Shown here piece after piece: positions 29,593-39,363 of a DNA stretch of 64,000 nt. The translations under genes were made by a program, and so were the position numbers. The notes under the pieces were generated by a model. That model ran no database searches. It saw nothing but the letters and a program-made list of their open reading frames with translations, and was not told where the DNA came from. The DNA is from Alkalispirochaeta sp. Lineage in GTDB: Bacteria; Spirochaetota; Spirochaetia; DSM-27196; Alkalispirochaetaceae. Position 1 is the stretch's first letter, and each line of letters opens with the position of its first letter. Location: NCBI GenBank assembly GCA_965601925.1, contig OZ271854.1, forward strand, positions 352,001 through 416,000, written 5' to 3'.

Positions 29593-30717
29593 TCAGAGCT
29601 CGACGTACACGCCGCTCTGGACTTGGAACACGGCAAAACCGACGCCCGTGGCGTCTCCTCTGCCGTCGAAGCTGATCGAACCGAGAGGGGTATCGACCGA
29701 CTCGGAGCGCAGCGCGTTCATGATCGCATCGGGATCGGTTGAGCCGGCGGCTTCAATCGCGTGTACGATGGCGAGCATGGCGGCGTACGCATTCATGAAG
29801 AAGGGGCCGGGCTCCTCGCCGTACGCGTCGATGTGCGCCTGTCGCGCCTCGTCGGCGATGGGGTTGCCGGCCGTATCCATGGGACCGGTGGCGTAGACGC
29901 CCTCGGCGTCGTCTCCGGCAACTCCGATAAACGCGTCGTCCTTAACGCCGTCACCGGAGAGGAAGGGCAGCTCGATTCCCTGGGTGCGCATCTGGCTTAC
30001 GAGTCGGGAGGCCTCGGGGTGGTATCCGCCGAAGATCACCGCCTCGGCGCCGGAAGCGGCTACACGGTTGATGATCGCGCTGTAATCCACTGCATTGACG
30101 GTAACGCCCTCGTACAGGAGCACCTCGACGCCGGGGTAGTTCGCCTCTAAGGAAGCACGCGCAAAGTCCGCGAGTCCGCGACCGTAGTCGCCGCCGTCGT
30201 GCAGGATCGCGACCGACGCTACACCGAGCCCTTCGGCGGCAAATTGCGCCTGCAACTCGCCCTGGGCGTCGTCCGGCGCGATCGTGCGGAAGAAGGAGGG
30301 AAACTCGCCGCTTTGCGTCAACGTCGGGCTGGTTGCGGACGGAGAGACGGCGATGATGTTCTCGCCGGTATAGATACCCAATGCGGATCGCGTAGCGCCC
30401 GAGCAGATATGTCCGAGTACGGCGGCGACGCCGTCACCGACCAGTTTCGCAGCAGTGTTCGTCGCGATGTCGGCCTGGCACTGATCGTCCTCGACGATGA
30501 GCTCTATCTGACGACCGAGTAGGCCCCCCTCGGCATTGACGCGCTCGGCGATAATCTCGGCGGCGTTTACCGTGGGCAGTCCGAAGGACGCCAAGTCTCC
30601 GCTATGCGCCCCGGCGACACCGATACGTATCGCTTCACTCTCGCCTTGTCCTCCCGCCGTAGCGACCGAAGCCACCAACGCCAGGGCAACGAATACCGTT
30701 ACCAATTTGTTTCCCAT
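29593..30717 (-). CDS. livK: Branched-chain amino acid ABC transporter substrate-binding protein
   Basis: EDDQCQ, GHICSGAT, FFRTIAPDDAQG, YGRGLA and FGGYHPEA. AAGGAGG RBS before ATG 30717. Confidence 0.92.
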   Translation of the reverse strand: MGNKLVTVFVALALVASVATAGGQGESEAIRIGVAGAHSGDLASFGLPTVNAAEIIAERVNAEGGLLGRQIELIVEDDQCQADIATNTAAKLVGDGVAAVLGHICSGATRSALGIYTGENIIAVSPSATSPTLTQSGEFPSFFRTIAPDDAQGELQAQFAAEGLGVASVAILHDGGDYGRGLADFARASLEANYPGVEVLLYEGVTVNAVDYSAIINRVAASGAEAVIFGGYHPEASRLVSQMRTQGIELPFLSGDGVKDDAFIGVAGDDAEGVYATGPMDTAGNPIADEARQAHIDAYGEEPGPFFMNAYAAMLAIVHAIEAAGSTDPDAIMNALRSESVDTPLGSISFDGRGDATGVGFAVFQVQSGVYVEL

Positions 30718-30744
30718 GCCATTCCTCCTTAGAAAATATCCGGC

Positions 30745-30780
30745 ATTATGCTGCAGAGCTCGGTCCTTATGCAAGGACCG
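30745..30780 (-). promoter_or_regulatory. Putative livK promoter with a palindromic operator over the -35
   Basis: Minus strand TTGCAT(30774-69)-N18-CATAAT(30750-45); inverted repeat CGGTCCTT-N4-AAGGACCG at 30761-30780. Confidence 0.5.
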
Positions 30781-30833
30781 GCCCTTTTTCATGAATAAAT
30801 ATACGTGCCCAAAAAAGCAATCGAGAAGATGCA

Positions 30834-31625
30834 TTAATTCAATCGCGCCTCGTCACTCTCCAGATCGCGATGGCGAATCTGGTGGAACCGATCTACGAGC
30901 CCGTCGACGGTGAGTTTTCGCTTCTCGTCGCCGGATACATCGAGAATAATCTCGCCGCCGTCCATCATAAGCAGTCGATTCCCGTAGTCGATCGCGTGTT
31001 GCATGTTGTGCGTGATCATCATGGTGGTCAGATCGTACTCGTCGACGTACCTCCGCGTAAGCTCCAGCACGAGCGCAGCGTTTTTCGGGTCGAGAGCGGC
31101 GGTATGCTCGTCCAAAAGAACGAGGGCGGGACGAGAGAGAACGGTCATCAGGAGCGTGAGCGCCTGGCGTTGCCCTCCCGAAAGAAGGCGCACGTTGTCT
31201 TTGAGACGATACTCCAGGCCCATCTGAAGATCGGCAAGTTGTTCGCGAAAAAAATCGCGTAGCTCCCGATTGAGACTGATCTTGAGGCCCTTGAATCCCT
31301 TTCGCCGGCAAATCGTCATATTGTCTTCCAGGGTCATGTTTCCGGCAGTTCCGAGCATGGGATTCTGGAAGATTCGTCCGATGGACTCGGCGCGCCGGTA
31401 CTCGCTCAAACGCGTCACATCTTCCTCCTGAAAGAGGATACGTCCGGCACTGGGTGGATAGGTGCCGGCCACTAGGTTGAACAATGTGCTCTTCCCGGCG
31501 CCGTTGCTCCCGATTACGGTGATGAAATCTCCCTCGGCGACGTCGAGGTCGGCGGGCCTAAGCGCGACGACCTCATTGACCGTCCCGGGATGAAACGTCT
31601 TTCCGACTCCGCGGAGGCGTATCAC
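30834..31625 (-). CDS. ABC transporter ATPase, TrpXYZ/DUF534-type (putative aromatic amino acid uptake)
   Basis: KTFHPGTVNE, GSNGAGKST, LSGGQRQALTL and LLDEHTAALDPK. Confidence 0.88.
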   Translation of the reverse strand: MIRLRGVGKTFHPGTVNEVVALRPADLDVAEGDFITVIGSNGAGKSTLFNLVAGTYPPSAGRILFQEEDVTRLSEYRRAESIGRIFQNPMLGTAGNMTLEDNMTICRRKGFKGLKISLNRELRDFFREQLADLQMGLEYRLKDNVRLLSGGQRQALTLLMTVLSRPALVLLDEHTAALDPKNAALVLELTRRYVDEYDLTTMMITHNMQHAIDYGNRLLMMDGGEIILDVSGDEKRKLTVDGLVDRFHQIRHRDLESDEARLN

Positions 31626-32569
31626 GATGACTCCCCCTCGCCGAGTTTGGGTCGCGACGCATCGCGGAGGCTGCGTTTGAGGCGTGAGACCTCATTCCTT
31701 TGAGTGCGATATCGGCTCACGACGAGGGAGACGATGATGAGCAGTCCGGTAACGAGGCGCAGATCGTTGGGAGTGAGATCGATATAGTACCCGTAGTAGC
31801 GTCCCAGAAACATGATGCCCCGATAGACGATCGAGCCGAGAAGGACGCGGAGCGTCAGCACGCCGATTCGGTTGGAGCGCAGGAGAAACTCGCCGATCAT
31901 CACCGACGCGAGGCCGGCAATGATGATACTCTGTCCCATATTGACGTCTGCGAACCCCTGAAACTGGGCGGCGAAGGCACCGGAGACGGCGACAATGCCG
32001 TTCGAAAGGCTGACACCGATCAGTTTCATCAACTCCGGGTTGACCCCCTGACTGATCACCATTTGTTGATTATCTCCCATTGCACCGAGCGTCAGCCCCA
32101 TATCGGTATGGAAGAAGGCGTCGAGCAACACCTTGACGGTGAGGCTTACGACCACAAAGAATATCAACACCGACCACGGCTCCGCGATCGCCGGCGCGAG
32201 GGTATCGACCACCAGACTGAGAATCGTGCGCTGCCGCAACAGCGGTAAGTTGGCACGATTTCCGAGGACTCTGATGTTGATCGACCAGAGCATCGTCATC
32301 GTAAGGATACCGGCGAGAAGGTTGGGAACCTTGAGTTTGTTGTGGATTGTCGCGGTCACGGCGCCTGCGGCGAGCCCGCCGCCGAAGGCGAGGAGCAACG
32401 CGAGGGCGAGCGGCACACCGTTGACGACGGATATCCCCATGATCGCGGCGCCGAGGGGAAAGGTTCCGTCGACGGACAGATCGGGGAAGTTGAGAATGCG
32501 AAACGTGATAAAAACGCCGAGGGCCATGATGCCGTACAGGAGGCCCTCGACGAGAATTCCTTCAATCAC
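31622..32569 (-). CDS. ABC transporter permease, TrpXYZ/DUF534-type
   Basis: ALGVFITFRILNFPDLSVDGTFPLG, LLAGILTMT.L.SIN and GLASVMIGE. Confidence 0.88.
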   Translation of the reverse strand: MIEGILVEGLLYGIMALGVFITFRILNFPDLSVDGTFPLGAAIMGISVVNGVPLALALLLAFGGGLAAGAVTATIHNKLKVPNLLAGILTMTMLWSINIRVLGNRANLPLLRQRTILSLVVDTLAPAIAEPWSVLIFFVVVSLTVKVLLDAFFHTDMGLTLGAMGDNQQMVISQGVNPELMKLIGVSLSNGIVAVSGAFAAQFQGFADVNMGQSIIIAGLASVMIGEFLLRSNRIGVLTLRVLLGSIVYRGIMFLGRYYGYYIDLTPNDLRLVTGLLIIVSLVVSRYRTQRNEVSRLKRSLRDASRPKLGEGESS

Positions 32570-32590
32570 GGAGAGGACGTGCCGGCGAGC

Positions 32591-33604
32591 CTAACGAAGC
32601 TCGCCGTTCTCGATGACCATCGAAGCGTCGGCCATGACGCTACCGGGAATCGCTATACCGAGCTCGCTCGCGACGTCGAGATTGACGAGCAGATTGAGAT
32701 CCGACGGATCGGTGAGAAAGAGCGTCGGGATCTCCTCGGGGTCGGTGCCGTTCAGCACATCGGCGACCAATCGCCCGGTAGCGCGGCCGAACTTATAGTA
32801 GTCGAATCCCAACGCGGCAAGCACCCCACCCGGCTCCGCCGAGGTCGTGTCGGCGCTGATAACGGGAACACCGGCTGAGGAAGCGACATCGACCAACGCG
32901 GAGAGGGCGCTGACGACGGTATTGTCGTTACTGACGTAAATCGCGTCGACGCGGCCGACGATCGACTGCGTCGCGGCACGCACCTCGCTGGAGTTCACGA
33001 CGGTGGCCTCAACGAACGCGAGCCCCGCCTGTTCGGCGGCTTCGCGAGCCATGGCGGCAAGGGCGACCGCGTTGGCCTCCCCGCTCGCGTACACGTGTCC
33101 CACCGTCTCGACATCCACGAGTTGCGTCATCAACTCCAACTGAGCCGCCACGGGTGCCATGTCCGACGAGCCGGTGACGTTACCCTCTCCGGCCTCGAAA
33201 CTCGGTACGAGCCCGGCGCTCACGGGGTCCGAGACCGCAGCGTATACTACAGGTATATCGTCGATGGCATTTACGAGGGCTTGCGATGTCGGAGTTGCAA
33301 TACCGATAGCCAGACGCACGGAATCGTTTTCGAACTTCGTCGCAATGCTTGCCGCGGTCGAGATATCGCCGTTGGCGTTCTGTAGGTCGTATTCAAGGTT
33401 GGTAAAGCCGATCTCGGTGAGCTCGTCGATAATTCCCTGCTCGACCGCATCGAGGGCCGGGTGCGCCACGATCTTGGAGATGCCGATAACGTTACTATCG
33501 GGAGCTTCGATCTCTTCGGCGGAACCGCCGGCAAAGGCCGATCCGAGAGCAATCGTCATGAGTACGACGGCAACCGTCGGTATCATCTTACGTCGGTACT
33601 GCAT
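32591..33604 (-). CDS. ABC transporter substrate-binding protein, TrpX/DUF534-type
   Basis: IVAHPALDA, QNANGD, IATPTSQA, AVSDPV.AGLV and NVTGSSD. AAGGAGGG RBS before ATG 33604. Confidence 0.88.
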   Translation of the reverse strand: MQYRRKMIPTVAVVLMTIALGSAFAGGSAEEIEAPDSNVIGISKIVAHPALDAVEQGIIDELTEIGFTNLEYDLQNANGDISTAASIATKFENDSVRLAIGIATPTSQALVNAIDDIPVVYAAVSDPVSAGLVPSFEAGEGNVTGSSDMAPVAAQLELMTQLVDVETVGHVYASGEANAVALAAMAREAAEQAGLAFVEATVVNSSEVRAATQSIVGRVDAIYVSNDNTVVSALSALVDVASSAGVPVISADTTSAEPGGVLAALGFDYYKFGRATGRLVADVLNGTDPEEIPTLFLTDPSDLNLLVNLDVASELGIAIPGSVMADASMVIENGELR

Positions 33605-33773
33605 ATTCTTACACCCTCCTTGTAGGCGCGTCAGAGTACTGCAAAGGGAGGGATCTGTCCATCGCGGGGGTGGTTCGGTACGAAGTCGTGGCGGAGCGCC
33701 CGATACGAGAAGACGCGGCGTCCGCAACGCACGGGGGAGAGACGCACGCCGGCGGCCTCTCCACGCCTACGAT

Positions 33774-33807
33774 CCGTCGATCCATCGCGAGTACGACGGA
33801 TCGACGG
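33774..33807. repeat. Intergenic inverted repeat / hairpin
   Basis: 10-bp arms CCGTCGATCC and GGATCGACGG, extendable inward, just downstream of the beta-propeller gene. Confidence 0.55.
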
Positions 33808-33820
33808 GGAGCGATACGGC

Positions 33821-35155
33821 CTACGGCACGAGGGCTACCGTGTGTGCGCCGCGGGGCACAAAGATGCGGTAGTCGGTCGCTTCCAAGGCGACGTTGGACT
33901 CTCCATCGCGGACCAAGCGCCAGAAATCGACCCGACCGACCCCGGCATCATCACCAAACTGGTCGAACACGGCCACCGCGACGTAGTTTCCCGTCGTATC
34001 GAAGACGATACCCTCCGGCAAGACGCCGTCGATCTCATAGTCCGATAGCCACGCGAGACGTCCCCGCTCGGCGTCGAACGTCATGAGCGACAACGATGCG
34101 GCCGACGGATTTTCCGGCAGATGGCTGCGCTCCAAGTTCACGGTAACGACGAGGTCGCCTCCGGGACTGATCGCCAGACCCTCGGGATTCGCCGGAACGG
34201 CCGGCCCGGGCACGACCCGGTGAAACACACCGTCGGCTCCGTCGAGATCGGGCCGAACGATGGAGAGAGAACCGGCGCTGTTATTGAAGTCCGTGATGCC
34301 GAGCGCGAGATTCCAGTTCATGTCGGCGGTGATGAATGCGGAGCCGTCGCGGGACCACAGGGCGGTGAAGGGAAACAGTCCGACCGGTGTCGGTTCACCG
34401 ACGGGACGAACGACGAACGTCCCATCGGCCTGGGCGGCGAGGGAATAGAATGCGACCAGATTCAGCGGCCCGACGACTACGCCGAGCGTAGTATCGTCAC
34501 GCCACTCAACGGTGTTCGGAAAGGCGAAATCGTTTTCGATACCTAAGGAAAATCGTTGCGGCTCACCCACGTCGACACCGTCGACGGGAAGGAGGATGAG
34601 CTGTGCGTCGGGCGCCCAGTTGGTAATGGCGAGTGTGTCGCCCGCGCCGTTTATGTCGATGTAGTGACCGGCAAATCCCCCGAGATCGACAACCTCGACG
34701 AGCTCCGGTCGCCGCGGGTCGGAGAGATCGATAATACTCATACGCGTAGAGAATGCGAGGTCCTCCTCGAACGTCACGTCCCCGGCCTCGCGGGGCTCGC
34801 GGATCTCCAGCACATAGGCAACCGTACCGTCGGGAGAAAGCGCCATAGTCGGCGGCGCCCACACCGAGTTACTTACCGGCAGCGTCGCGGTGAACGGCGA
34901 GCGTCCCAACCCGAGGACGGTAAGCGTGTCGCGTTCTTCGATAGGCTCGCCGATACGATCATCGACATACGCGCTGGCCAACGTGTCGGTGTCCGACAAC
35001 ACCACGAGGTAGCGCCCTCCGAAATCCGGCGGAACGCCGAGCGTACCACCGACTTCCGGCGACGCATTCCCTCCGGGCTCACGTTCCGGCGTGACACAGC
35101 TCGTAAGAAATACCAACAGCAGCGCAACCGCGCCTGCGGAACCAAACGTTTTCAT
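33821..35155 (-). CDS. Beta-propeller lipoprotein (lactonase/YncE-like)
   Basis: Lipobox LTSC; repeated blades (MALSPDG, PEGLAISPGG, PEGIVFDTTG); C-terminal PRGAH. Confidence 0.78.
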   Translation of the reverse strand: MKTFGSAGAVALLLVFLTSCVTPEREPGGNASPEVGGTLGVPPDFGGRYLVVLSDTDTLASAYVDDRIGEPIEERDTLTVLGLGRSPFTATLPVSNSVWAPPTMALSPDGTVAYVLEIREPREAGDVTFEEDLAFSTRMSIIDLSDPRRPELVEVVDLGGFAGHYIDINGAGDTLAITNWAPDAQLILLPVDGVDVGEPQRFSLGIENDFAFPNTVEWRDDTTLGVVVGPLNLVAFYSLAAQADGTFVVRPVGEPTPVGLFPFTALWSRDGSAFITADMNWNLALGITDFNNSAGSLSIVRPDLDGADGVFHRVVPGPAVPANPEGLAISPGGDLVVTVNLERSHLPENPSAASLSLMTFDAERGRLAWLSDYEIDGVLPEGIVFDTTGNYVAVAVFDQFGDDAGVGRVDFWRLVRDGESNVALEATDYRIFVPRGAHTVALVP

Positions 35156-35340
35156 GAAGACCTCCTAAAACATCGCCGTGGTCGGCGTAGCTTCAAGAAA
35201 CCCACATCATCGCCGCCGGACCATGCGTATTTCTCAGGGTTACCGGCCAATTTCAAAGAGCGGAGCGGGGTGAGGGCGCCGCGTCTGCGAAACGGCCGCG
35301 CGGCTGCGATGTACGGTACGGTACCGCCGATCGGATGTGT

Positions 35341-35802
35341 CTACCGGTTGGGATCGTACCGTCTCATACGTCTCTCCAACTCGGCCGCCGGAACGTCTTC
35401 CATGTGCGTCGCGATCGTCCATCGATAGTGAAAGGGATCTTCCACGATACCGTGTATGTCGCCGAAAAACTGTTCTTGCACGGCCATGATCGAGGTCGCG
35501 CCGGCGGCAACCGCTCGATTGAATGCGACCACCGCGTCCTCGACGTACAAGTGGACGGCGGCCGGCGATCGTCCGAGCGTTTCCGCACTTACGAATCCTT
35601 CGTCCGGAAACTCGTCCGCCAACATGATCTTGCCGTTCCCGATCGTGATATGCGTATGCATGACCACTCCCCCCGCCTGCATGCGGTACCCTTCGATCGC
35701 CCCGAAGGCGCGGCCGTAGAACTCGACGGCCGCGGGAACGCTTTTCACGATTAAGTACGGCGTAATGGAACCGAATCCGTCCGGTATTGCATGTGTCTTC
35801 AT
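35341..35802 (-). CDS. VOC/glyoxalase family protein (PhnB-like)
   Basis: ITPYLIV..AVEFY..AFGA, IMLADEFP and QFFGD..G.VEDPF...WTIATH. Confidence 0.9.
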   Translation of the reverse strand: MKTHAIPDGFGSITPYLIVKSVPAAVEFYGRAFGAIEGYRMQAGGVVMHTHITIGNGKIMLADEFPDEGFVSAETLGRSPAAVHLYVEDAVVAFNRAVAAGATSIMAVQEQFFGDIHGIVEDPFHYRWTIATHMEDVPAAELERRMRRYDPNR

Positions 35803-35828
35803 GGTGTAGCGAAGGTATCAGGCCCCCT

Positions 35829-36659
35829 TCACGGTGTATTGGAAATTTTTTGAAACGGTCCGGGCAGGTGATAAGGATCGTAACTCGCCGTAAGACGATA
35901 CTGTGTCGGCGTTACGCCGGAGAAATCCATGAAATCGTTGTGAAAATGCGCTTGGTCGTAGTACCCGCTCTCAAGTGCTATCTCGACGAGGCTGCGCGAC
36001 GAACGACTCAATGCGCGCACCGACCGCTCGAACCGTCGCACGCGAAGAAACTGCTTCGGCGTAAATCCCAACCGGTCTGAGGATGAGCGGTGGAGCTTGT
36101 AGTAACTGAAGTGAAGCGACTCCATGAGATCGCCGATCGACCGACCCGCCGAATCGGCGGCTGTCAAACACTGCGCGATCGTGTCCATGTGGGACAATCG
36201 ATTTCGGAAGAGCGCAACGAGCGTGTCTACCGCGTGCCGAATCGCAAACGGCGGATACAAATCGTCGGGGGCGCCGCGTACATCCACCACGTCGGCGAGA
36301 CCGATAAATCTGTTTTTGAGATGAGACGCGGGAACTCCCGTGAGCGCGAAGAGGGCTCCGGGTTTGAGATGGGCACCGACAATCCGCTCGTGCGGTTCGT
36401 GATAGATCGCGAACGGCCGATCCCGCGGTGCAACGACCAGCGCACCGCGGTACTCCACGGCTTCGCCGTCTGCTCCGCGAATACGCACCGCGCCGGACGT
36501 TCGATTGACGATGATTTCCGCCGATACCGAGGGCAGAATCCGCTCCGGCGCAGGAGACGGCGCGCCATCGAAATCGAGCGTCCAAAACGTCTCGACGAAA
36601 TCGCGCACATGGTCCGGTGGTTTTATGAGGACGAGGTTCGGTGACGCCGCGTTACCCAT
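35829..36659 (-). CDS. AraC-family regulator (DUF6597-type N-terminus)
   Basis: ERILP, GFTPKQFLRVRRF and GYYDQAHF..DF..FSGVTP. Confidence 0.88.
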   Translation of the reverse strand: MGNAASPNLVLIKPPDHVRDFVETFWTLDFDGAPSPAPERILPSVSAEIIVNRTSGAVRIRGADGEAVEYRGALVVAPRDRPFAIYHEPHERIVGAHLKPGALFALTGVPASHLKNRFIGLADVVDVRGAPDDLYPPFAIRHAVDTLVALFRNRLSHMDTIAQCLTAADSAGRSIGDLMESLHFSYYKLHRSSSDRLGFTPKQFLRVRRFERSVRALSRSSRSLVEIALESGYYDQAHFHNDFMDFSGVTPTQYRLTASYDPYHLPGPFQKISNTP

Positions 36660-36695
36660 CCGCTACCCCGTCGACGCTCCGGCCGGTGCGAGACA

Positions 36696-36926
36696 TCATT
36701 CCTCCGAAACTGCCGCCACGATGCGTCGTATAATCGGCGCTACGATCACCGCCGTCGGTATACTGACCACGAGACTCACGAGAAACGCGTGCATCCAGCG
36801 GCCCCAGAATCCCGAGTCGAAAAACTCGGTGTTGATCCCGGTGAGCGTAAAGCTCATCAGCAGCGCCATCGTCGAGCCCATGAGAGCGCTGAACAACGCT
36901 CCCCGATATCGTTTCGGTATTTTCAC
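36696..36926 (-). CDS. DUF2798-family small membrane protein
   Basis: KIPKRY..LFSALM..MA.LMS and F..RW..AF. GTG at 36926 follows an AAGGAG RBS. Confidence 0.8.
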   Translation of the reverse strand: MKIPKRYRGALFSALMGSTMALLMSFTLTGINTEFFDSGFWGRWMHAFLVSLVVSIPTAVIVAPIIRRIVAAVSEE

Positions 36927-37038
36927 GCATTCATCTCCTTGATGCGAACGGTATTGTATTACATCGAAGAGTTGCGGGATATGCCAGGTACATATCGCAG
37001 GAAACCTTGTCGATTTCAACGGCGGCGGTCGGCCGGCG

Positions 37039-37956
37039 CTACGCGTCGCGAAACCGTCGCCTGAATGCCGAAGGACTCAATCCGGTCCTATGTTTGAAAA
37101 AGCGCGAAAAATGCGCCGCATCGGAGAACCCCAAACGAAAGGCGACGCGCTGAATCGGTGCGTGCGAGCGCGCCAGCTGCGCCTGCGCCTCGGTGATCGT
37201 CTTTTCCGCGATCCACACTTTGACCGATTTACCCGTTTTGCGCTTGATCACGGTGCTGAAATAGTTCGGGTGGAGATACTGCGCGGCGGCATAATCCTGA
37301 ACCTGATACAAATCGGTTGCCGTCTCGGTCGCCAGGGCGCGGTAATGCGCCTCGAGCTGTTGCTTAAAGGCCCGTACGATGCGCGTCTCGCCGTCCGATT
37401 CGGTGAGCGGGTCATAGTTCGCCCAAAATCGTTCCTTGATTTTGACGAGCAGTATCGTCATGAGACTGCCGAGGATGGTCAGGCGGTGCCGTGAGGCGCT
37501 CTCGAACTCATCGTACATACGAGAGCCCAACTCGTCGAAGACACGAAGCGTTTCACCGGCGACCGAATGCGGCGGGACGACCTCCGCTATCAAAAACGCG
37601 CACTCGTCCAGGATCGTCTCTTGGACGTAGCGCTTCAAAAAGGCCTCGGAGAACGCAATGACGAAGCCCGACACTAGATCGTAGGTACCGTATCCCTTGA
37701 TGTGGCCGGGGTTGGAAAAAAAGAGCGCCCCGGGGCGAATAGGGTACCGATTACTATCGATGACGTAGAATCCGTTCCCCTCTCGTACGAGGACGATCGA
37801 ATAGTAGTTGACGCGAAACAACGGCGACGTGTACGGCCAAGCGGGCTGCAGTTGCTCGAGACGATGTATCGCGAAGTCGCCGCCTCCCCGGATGGGTGCG
37901 CCTATAGCGTCATAGTGCTCGGCCAAGGAGTCGTGTATGAGAAAGTCCTGTTGCAT
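37039..37956 (-). CDS. AraC-family transcriptional regulator
   Basis: FRVNYY, PGALFF.NPGH, VQDYAA...LHPNYFSTVIK..TGKS and LGFSDAAHFSRFFK. Confidence 0.9.
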   Translation of the reverse strand: MQQDFLIHDSLAEHYDAIGAPIRGGGDFAIHRLEQLQPAWPYTSPLFRVNYYSIVLVREGNGFYVIDSNRYPIRPGALFFSNPGHIKGYGTYDLVSGFVIAFSEAFLKRYVQETILDECAFLIAEVVPPHSVAGETLRVFDELGSRMYDEFESASRHRLTILGSLMTILLVKIKERFWANYDPLTESDGETRIVRAFKQQLEAHYRALATETATDLYQVQDYAAAQYLHPNYFSTVIKRKTGKSVKVWIAEKTITEAQAQLARSHAPIQRVAFRLGFSDAAHFSRFFKHRTGLSPSAFRRRFRDA

Positions 37957-38297
37957 GGAGGTGCCGATTGACGACTTCACAACCGAGGAACGGCGGGGAA
38001 ACGGTGCAAGGGTCGCAGCCATCCCGGCATCACACAACGCATATCCGAGACCGCCGTCAACAGGCCACATCGAATATCGACGTTCACCTCCCCGATATGA
38101 AGGACGCGATCGTTATCGGTCATATTCCTCCCTCGCCTAGGGCGACCCGAACACAGTGTGCATCTCATTCTCACCATCGGGAGATAGCCCGACGGTGCAC
38201 CGGACGTCGATCCGTTGAACGCGTCTACGTTCGCCGGGCGACGTACAATGAAGACGCTTCAACACACCACGCAATAGGTAAAGTATCGTCTTTGGAC

Positions 38298-38330
38298 AAA
38301 AAAGTCCGCCCCGGAGTATCCGAGGCGGAC
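38298..38330 (-). terminator. Intrinsic terminator of the opuA operon
   Basis: Minus strand GTCCGCCTCGGA-TAC-TCCGGGGCGGAC followed by TTTTTT. Confidence 0.85.
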
Positions 38331-38377
38331 CGTTCTACCGTCGAAGCGCCCGCTATCAAGAGTGGGCGCTTCTTCGA

Positions 38378-39280
38378 CTACTCAATCGATACGCCGGCGG
38401 GGAGGGCCGCGTTTACCGCCGCCAGATTTTCATCGACGAACAATCGCGCCGACTCGAAGTAGTCCATTCCCTCCGCTTCGTTGTTCACCATCACGGAACC
38501 GAAATCGAGAGACTGCCAATCGGTTTGTGCGAGAAAGGCGTACACCTCGGGCATATCTTCCTCGAGACCGACACGCGCCATGGTATGGATATTCTCGGAC
38601 GCTCCGAAAATTCCGTCGGGATCATCGAGCAACTTCAGGTCCCAACGGCCGAACGCCCAATGGGGCGCCCACAGTGTGACGACGATCGGCGTCTCGTTCT
38701 GGTAGGCGTCGTCCAGGGCGGCCAGCATCGTGGCGCCGCTTCCCTCCAAGAGGGTAAACTCGCCGAGGCCGCTTAAATTGTCGGCGATTGCGCCTTCGGT
38801 CTGCTGCATCATACCGGCTCCGGGATCGATACCGGTAATCTCGAAGTCGACGAGTTCGCCGGCGGCCGCCAACTCCGGAATACTATCGACCGGTACGTAG
38901 GTAGGCACGATCAAACCGAGGGCGGCGCCGGTGAAGTTGGGACCCAGATCGACGATCCGGTCGGTGTACTCTCCCTCGTCACCGAAGAAGGAGCCGTGCG
39001 TCACCGGCAGCCACGCGGTCAGTTGCGCATCGACATCGCCCTCGGCGAGGGCGGCCCACATGGCGGCGTTGGAAACCGGGGTCGCTTCGACCTCGTATCC
39101 CATGCGAGTCATAATTTCCGCCGCAACGTGGGTAATCGCGACGCCGCGGGCCCATCCGTCGACGTATGCAAGCTCAACGGATCGCGCCTCCCCCGTCTCC
39201 GTTTGTCCGGACGCAAAGGAAAACGCGGGGGCCACGGTGAGCAATACGAGGCCGACGATAAATCTTTTGAATGTAACCAT
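38378..39280 (-). CDS. opuAC: Glycine betaine/proline ABC transporter substrate-binding protein
   Basis: AWLPVTH, GLIVPTY, GIDPGAG and LWAPHWAF aromatic-box motifs. Confidence 0.9.
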   Translation of the reverse strand: MVTFKRFIVGLVLLTVAPAFSFASGQTETGEARSVELAYVDGWARGVAITHVAAEIMTRMGYEVEATPVSNAAMWAALAEGDVDAQLTAWLPVTHGSFFGDEGEYTDRIVDLGPNFTGAALGLIVPTYVPVDSIPELAAAGELVDFEITGIDPGAGMMQQTEGAIADNLSGLGEFTLLEGSGATMLAALDDAYQNETPIVVTLWAPHWAFGRWDLKLLDDPDGIFGASENIHTMARVGLEEDMPEVYAFLAQTDWQSLDFGSVMVNNEAEGMDYFESARLFVDENLAAVNAALPAGVSIE

Positions 39281-39363
39281 GATACTCCTCCTTACAGAGT
39301 TTCATAACCACCCGAGCCAACCCCGGGCGGTATCGGTGCGTAATTGATATGAACGACCGACGT

